A stretch of DNA of 64,000 nucleotides from Pseudomonadota bacterium (GTDB taxonomy: Bacteria > Pseudomonadota > Gammaproteobacteria > Burkholderiales > Burkholderiaceae_C), in contig JAZKHY010000031.1 of NCBI GenBank assembly GCA_040385105.1, positions 1 through 64,000 on the forward strand, given 5' to 3'. This document shows, piece by piece, positions 59,680-64,000 of the stretch. Numbering within the stretch: position 1 is the stretch's first letter; every line of letters starts with the position of its first letter. Under the pieces are notes generated by a model. That model was not told where the DNA came from. It saw only the letters and a program-made list of their open reading frames with translations, and searched no databases. Position numbers and translations under genes: made by a program.

Positions 59680-61746
59680 ATGCAATTTGAATTTTCGGGC
59701 AGGCCTTTGCTGGCCCTGGGCTTCCTGTTTCTGGCCGCATGCGGCGGCGGTGGTGATGACGCGCCCGCGGGCGCGCCGCCGCCTGTGCCTGTGGCACCTG
59801 TTCCCGGCGCGCCTGCGCCGGACCTGCCGCCACCCGCGGCGCCCGCACCCGACCCCGCCCCGCCGGCGCCTGCACCGGCACCTGGAACACCGGCGCCTCC
59901 GCCACCACCGCCGGGGCCTCCCGCACCCCCGCCGCCGCCCCCGGCACCCCCGCCGCCACCAGCACCGCCACCACCTGCGGGAAGCCTGCTGTCATCGGTC
60001 GTGCCTGCGGTCCAGTACAGCCGGCCCCACACCGGTTGCCCGGTCAGGAACGTGACCTCCAACTATTCGCTTCCCACCGTCAACGAGGCCGTGGCCGGCG
60101 CGGAGGTCACCTCGGCCTGCATGACGTTCGGCGGCATTCCCGCAGGGCAGACTGTGCAGCTCAACACGCTGCGCGGCAGCTATTCCGTCAATGAAGGCGC
60201 GTATGTGCCGGCCGCCACGCGGACCCAGGTCAACAATGGCGACAGGCTGCGCCTGAAGATGAATGCGTCCACCACGCCCAATGAAGAGCGCCTGGAAAAC
60301 ATCGAGCTGCAGTTCGGCAGCAACCCGGTATCGATCCGGCAGTGGACGGTGCGCACCCAGACCGGCACCCGCGCACCCGTGACCTGGCAGGTTGGCGCGT
60401 CCCGTACCTACAAGGAGATTGCCGACGTGGCGGGCCAGCTGTCGCCGGGCGACGTGGTGGAGCTGGATGCCGGTGTGTACCAGCCGGCACGCCTTCGGCG
60501 CGCGGGCGCGGAGGCCGCGCCCATCGTGATCCGCGGCGTGGGCGCAAGCCGCCCCGTCATCCGAGGCACCTCAACCGATGCCTACCAGGCAACGCTGCAT
60601 TTCGACAACGTCCACCACTACCTGCTGGAGAACGTGGAAGTCGACGGCGGCGGCGGCACCCGTGCCACCAGCAACAACCAGGTGTGCGTGCGCCTCATGG
60701 GCAATGTGCTGGTGCTGCGCAATGTGTATGTGCATGGCTGCCCGCGCCACGGCATCCTCGGCACGGACGAGTATTCGGGCACGGTGATCCTTGACCGGGT
60801 GGAGGTCGCCAATGCGGGCGGCCCCAACAACGGCGTGGAGAACACCAAGCACCCGATCTACATTGCCACCGACCGCGACCGCTACCCCGGCAGCCTGCTG
60901 CGGGTGCAGCACAGCTACATCCACGACTATGAAGGCGGCGGCGTCAAGTCGCGCTCGGAGCGCAATGAAATCTATTTCAACTGGGTCGAGACCCGGCCGC
61001 AGCGCGCGCGGCTGCCGGGCGAGACCCAGGATGCCACGCTCTACACGCTGGAGATGTACGGCTACGAGGAGTTCGAGAGCACGCCGCGCATCGACAGCGA
61101 TGTGGTGGGCAATGTGCTGGTCCACCGCAACAACTACGGACTGCGGCTGGGCGGCGACGGCACGGGCGCCTCGCGCGGGCGGGTGCGGCTGGCCAACAAC
61201 ACCATCCTGTTCTCCAGCGCGTTCGATGCCTCCACACCGCTGGTGCGGCTGTTCCACTCGCTGGACTCGCTCTGGTTCCTGAACAATGTGTTCGCGCGGG
61301 TCGGCGCCGGGCAGAGTGCATTCCGCATGTTCCGCGACGACATCGCCGCCGAGAACGACCCGGACTATTACTGGGTGCAGGGCGTGCCCCTGGTAAGCGG
61401 GCAGAGCAACTGGTTTGCCACCGGCACCGAGCTGCGCCTGTATTCGGGCAGCCCGTCGACCACGCCGCCCTCGCCGGCAGCATCGTTCAGCGGCTCGCGC
61501 CAGGGCACGGCCAACCCGGGCCTCACGGCGCTTGGCAGCTTTGACGCCGTGGATGTCACGGTGGTCAATGCGAGCGAACTGCATGGCAACGGCGCTTCCG
61601 CCTCGGCGGCATTGCCTGCCGCCTACGAGCTGCCGTCCAGCCTGCAGGTGATCAATTTCCGCGCACCGGCGACGAGGCCCGCAACCGGCGCTGCCCTCAT
61701 GGCCATTCCGCGGCCGGCCGGCGCGCTGAACATCGGCGCCTTCTGA
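59680..61746 (+). CDS. Lipoprotein with a roughly 90-residue poly-proline linker and a right-handed beta-helix (pectate-lyase-like) domain
   Basis: FLAACGGGGDD lipobox; PAPPPPPPGPPAPPPPPPAPPPPPAPPPP; the beta-helix call is inferred from the NNxVxVRL / HGxxGTDE rung pattern. Confidence 0.5.
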   Translation: MQFEFSGRPLLALGFLFLAACGGGGDDAPAGAPPPVPVAPVPGAPAPDLPPPAAPAPDPAPPAPAPAPGTPAPPPPPPGPPAPPPPPPAPPPPPAPPPPAGSLLSSVVPAVQYSRPHTGCPVRNVTSNYSLPTVNEAVAGAEVTSACMTFGGIPAGQTVQLNTLRGSYSVNEGAYVPAATRTQVNNGDRLRLKMNASTTPNEERLENIELQFGSNPVSIRQWTVRTQTGTRAPVTWQVGASRTYKEIADVAGQLSPGDVVELDAGVYQPARLRRAGAEAAPIVIRGVGASRPVIRGTSTDAYQATLHFDNVHHYLLENVEVDGGGGTRATSNNQVCVRLMGNVLVLRNVYVHGCPRHGILGTDEYSGTVILDRVEVANAGGPNNGVENTKHPIYIATDRDRYPGSLLRVQHSYIHDYEGGGVKSRSERNEIYFNWVETRPQRARLPGETQDATLYTLEMYGYEEFESTPRIDSDVVGNVLVHRNNYGLRLGGDGTGASRGRVRLANNTILFSSAFDASTPLVRLFHSLDSLWFLNNVFARVGAGQSAFRMFRDDIAAENDPDYYWVQGVPLVSGQSNWFATGTELRLYSGSPSTTPPSPAASFSGSRQGTANPGLTALGSFDAVDVTVVNASELHGNGASASAALPAAYELPSSLQVINFRAPATRPATGAALMAIPRPAGALNIGAF

Positions 61747-61853
61747 CAGCGTGCCGCAACGCCGGGGGACGCCACAGGGACGCACGCCTGAAACCATGCA
61801 TGCGCCGGCCCTGTGCCGTCCAGCCCGGTCCATCAACCCTATTGAAAGAAACC

Positions 61854-62201
61854 ATGAAGAAAACCCTCAGGCTTGCCGCCTGCGCCGTCCTCGCCGCCAG
61901 TGCCCTGTCAGCACATTCACGCATGGCCCTCAACGGCCAGGAGCTCAATGGCGCAAGGCTGAATGCATTGACGTACAACGCGATGACTTTCAATGCCCTG
62001 ACCTACAACGCCATGACTTTCAATGCCCTGACCTACAACGCCATGACCTTCAATGCGCTGACGTACAACGGCATTGCCATCAATGGCTTGAGGCTGAACG
62101 GATTCCGCATCAACGGGTGGCGCATGAAGAGCAGCGGCGCGATGGCATCGACGCTGCCGGCGGTTGTCGCCATCGAGTTGGGTGATGCCGCGCGGAACTG
62201 A
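61854..62201 (+). CDS. Small secreted pentapeptide-repeat protein
   Basis: Signal peptide MKKTLRLAACAVLAASALSA followed by 11 consecutive 5-residue repeats (NALTY/NAMTF ... NGFRI/NGWRM). Confidence 0.7.
   Translation: MKKTLRLAACAVLAASALSAHSRMALNGQELNGARLNALTYNAMTFNALTYNAMTFNALTYNAMTFNALTYNGIAINGLRLNGFRINGWRMKSSGAMASTLPAVVAIELGDAARN
61963..62082 (+). repeat. Near-perfect 30-bp DNA tandem repeats (four copies) inside the pentapeptide-repeat gene
   Basis: aatgcNctgacNtacaacgcNatgacNttc repeated head-to-tail. Confidence 0.85.
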
Positions 62202-63024
62202 CCGGCACATTACCGCACCAGCGCGCTGGCGCAAGTCACTGGCTTGGGGCCTGGCGCTGGCAGTCTCTGCAGGCGCTGCCCAGGCCGGGCCGCAAGGCAA
62301 CGAGGTGCTGCTCGTTCTCGACAAGGCCAGTCTCGTCGCGGTGCGGCCTGATGGCCGCCGCGTCGGGGGCGAGCGGCTCGCAGGCTCGGTCCTGTCACTG
62401 CGCATTCAGGGCGTTGCAGCATCGCGGGTGCGCATAGACCGGGTGCGTGCAGACCCCGATGACGCCTCGGGCGACATCCTGCTGTATGAGTTGTCCGACG
62501 CACGGGCCGGCGGCGGCCCGGTCTGCGCACCTGATGCCCAGGGCATCGCAGCGGCCGTTGCCGTGGCGGGAACCTGGTCAACGCAAGGCAGCCGCGTCTC
62601 GGCTGACGGCATCACGATGGCATGCACAAGCGACGCCATGGGCAAGTGCCTGCGCTGGGGTTACAGGCACTGGCTGAAAACGCCCGCCGGCGCACCGATG
62701 CTCGACCACTACACCGCCTGCACCCGGGCCGTGACGGCGGACTATTGCGGAACCGGCCGCGGCCATACACGTGACGGCACGCTGATCGACATCTATGACA
62801 AGGCTGGCGTGCAGGCACCTGCGCCGGACGGCAAGCTGGCGTTCGAGGCCGGCTTCTCGGCCGCGGGCGCCGTGTGCATTGCAAAGCCGCGCCTGGACCG
62901 GGACACGCTTGAAGAAACCGTTGCCGCCTGTCCCGCAAAACTCGCGGCCACCAGCGGGCCGCAGCGCTGCACGGAGGGTGCGGCCGCAGCGGCGGGCGCC
63001 CTGGTGTTTATCCGTTCACGATGA
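62185..63024 (+). CDS. ADYC-domain secreted protein
   Basis: Signal peptide RWRKSLAWGLALAVSAGAAQA and the conserved TRAVTADYCGTGRGHTRDGT motif. The start is uncertain (62164 or 62185) and overlaps the pentapeptide gene. Confidence 0.6.
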   Translation: MPRGTDRHITAPARWRKSLAWGLALAVSAGAAQAGPQGNEVLLVLDKASLVAVRPDGRRVGGERLAGSVLSLRIQGVAASRVRIDRVRADPDDASGDILLYELSDARAGGGPVCAPDAQGIAAAVAVAGTWSTQGSRVSADGITMACTSDAMGKCLRWGYRHWLKTPAGAPMLDHYTACTRAVTADYCGTGRGHTRDGTLIDIYDKAGVQAPAPDGKLAFEAGFSAAGAVCIAKPRLDRDTLEETVAACPAKLAATSGPQRCTEGAAAAAGALVFIRSR

Positions 63025-63120
63025 ATCTTAATATCAAAATTATTGATGCTCAGTGAAAAAACATATCGCTATTCATCAGCGAGATTGATTTTTACACTCG
63101 CCGCAAAGGAAAGCAGCATC

Positions 63121-64000
63121 ATGAGTTTTTTATCCGAGAGCCTGGAGGCCGTCAAACCGTCGCCAACCCTGGCCATCACCAAGCTTGCGGCCGACCTGCG
63201 GCGCCAGGGCAAGGACGTCATCGGCCTGTCGCAGGGCGAGCCGGACTTTGACACGCCGGTCCACATCAGGCAGGCGGCCAAGGCCGCCATCGACAGCGGC
63301 GCCACCCGCTACACCGACGTCGATGGCTCGCCCGAGCTCAAGCAGGCCATCATCCGCAAGTTCCGCCGCGACAACGGCCTGGTGTATGAGCCGCGCCAGA
63401 TCAGCGTGGGCACCGGCGGCAAGCAGGTGATCTACAACGCGCTGCTGGCCACGCTCAACCGCGGCGACGAAGTCATCATTCCCGCGCCCTACTGGGTGTC
63501 CTACCCGGACATGGTGCGCCTGGCGGGCGGCAAGGCAGTGGAAGTCACCTGCCCCGAGAGCCAGGGCTTCAAGCTCACCGCGGACCAGCTGCGCGCCGCG
63601 ATCACGCCGCGCACCAAGTGGCTGGTCCTGAACTCGCCGTCCAACCCCACGGGCGCCGGCTACTCGGCGCAGGAGCTCGGCGCGCTGGCAGCGGTGCTGC
63701 TGGAGCACCCGGCGGTGCATGTGATGACGGACGACATGTACGAGCACATCCGCTACGACGGCTGGGCCTTCCACACCATCGCGGCCGTGGAGCCGCGCAT
63801 CGCGGACAGGACGCTCACGATCAACGGCGTGTCCAAGGCCTATGCGATGACGGGCTGGCGCATCGGCTATGCGGGCGGCCCGCAGCCGCTGATTGCCGCC
63901 ATGGCGACGATCCAGTCGCAGAGCACGAGCAACCCGAGTTCCGTCTCGCAGGCCGCGTCGGTCGCGGCGCTGGACGGCACGATGGACTTCCTGGCCGGGC
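63121..64000 (+). CDS. Aspartate/aromatic aminotransferase (class I PLP-dependent), C-terminally truncated by the window end
   Basis: AAGGAAAG RBS; MSFLSESLEAVKPSPTLAI...GEPDFDTP...NSPSNPTG...SKAYAMTGWRIGY. Confidence 0.85.
   Translation, partial: MSFLSESLEAVKPSPTLAITKLAADLRRQGKDVIGLSQGEPDFDTPVHIRQAAKAAIDSGATRYTDVDGSPELKQAIIRKFRRDNGLVYEPRQISVGTGGKQVIYNALLATLNRGDEVIIPAPYWVSYPDMVRLAGGKAVEVTCPESQGFKLTADQLRAAITPRTKWLVLNSPSNPTGAGYSAQELGALAAVLLEHPAVHVMTDDMYEHIRYDGWAFHTIAAVEPRIADRTLTINGVSKAYAMTGWRIGYAGGPQPLIAAMATIQSQSTSNPSSVSQAASVAALDGTMDFLAG

Noticed and set aside
60571-61836. 421-aa minus-strand ORF inside the beta-helix lipoprotein gene
   Set aside because: Antisense to a gene with a signal peptide and coherent domain structure. 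Likely a GC artefact.

Overview
A 64 kb, high-GC (about 68 %) chromosomal segment that looks betaproteobacterial (Burkholderiales/Comamonadaceae-like). It is gene-dense, with about 70 genes and no CRISPR array, IS element or integrase. Most of the window is housekeeping and catabolic: RNA ligase RtcB, the CCA-adding enzyme, folB, an otsB-GH15-otsA trehalose operon, Slt, GlmU, GlmS, and the start of an aspartate aminotransferase. It also carries an Atu-like catabolic operon of about 12 kb built around an AtuA/DUF1446 gene with a split acyl-CoA carboxylase, immediately downstream on the same strand of a Liv-type ABC transporter operon, plus the usual regulators (ArsR, LysR, two TetR, Lrp, Crp/Fnr, XRE). 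Several ORF-internal start coordinates were derived by hand from the ORF track and may be off by 1-2 nt. The most unusual part is coordinates 305-4505, all on the minus strand. It holds an array of five tRNA genes (Lys-UUU, Asp-GUC, Met-CAU, Glu-UUC and a compact tRNA with a Leu-type CAG anticodon), several with acceptor-stem mismatches. The array runs straight into an HNH endonuclease gene. Next come two tandem degenerate tRNA-like elements, one of them a 57-nt armless tRNA mimic ending in CCA, and then a slipin(SPFH)-rtcB operon closed by a strong intrinsic terminator. I propose this as a candidate tRNA-repair/tRNA-supply module; as far as I know it is undescribed and it needs experimental confirmation. 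Other points worth a second look: a HipA/YjjJ-like HTH-kinase next to an ArsR regulator; a divergent BLUF photoreceptor and Crp/Fnr regulator pair; and a cluster of secreted proteins at 56.0-63.0 kb (NlpC/P60-like lipoprotein, beta-propeller lipoprotein with a C-terminal CXXCH, Pro-rich beta-helix lipoprotein, pentapeptide-repeat protein with 30-bp DNA tandem repeats, ADYC-domain protein).
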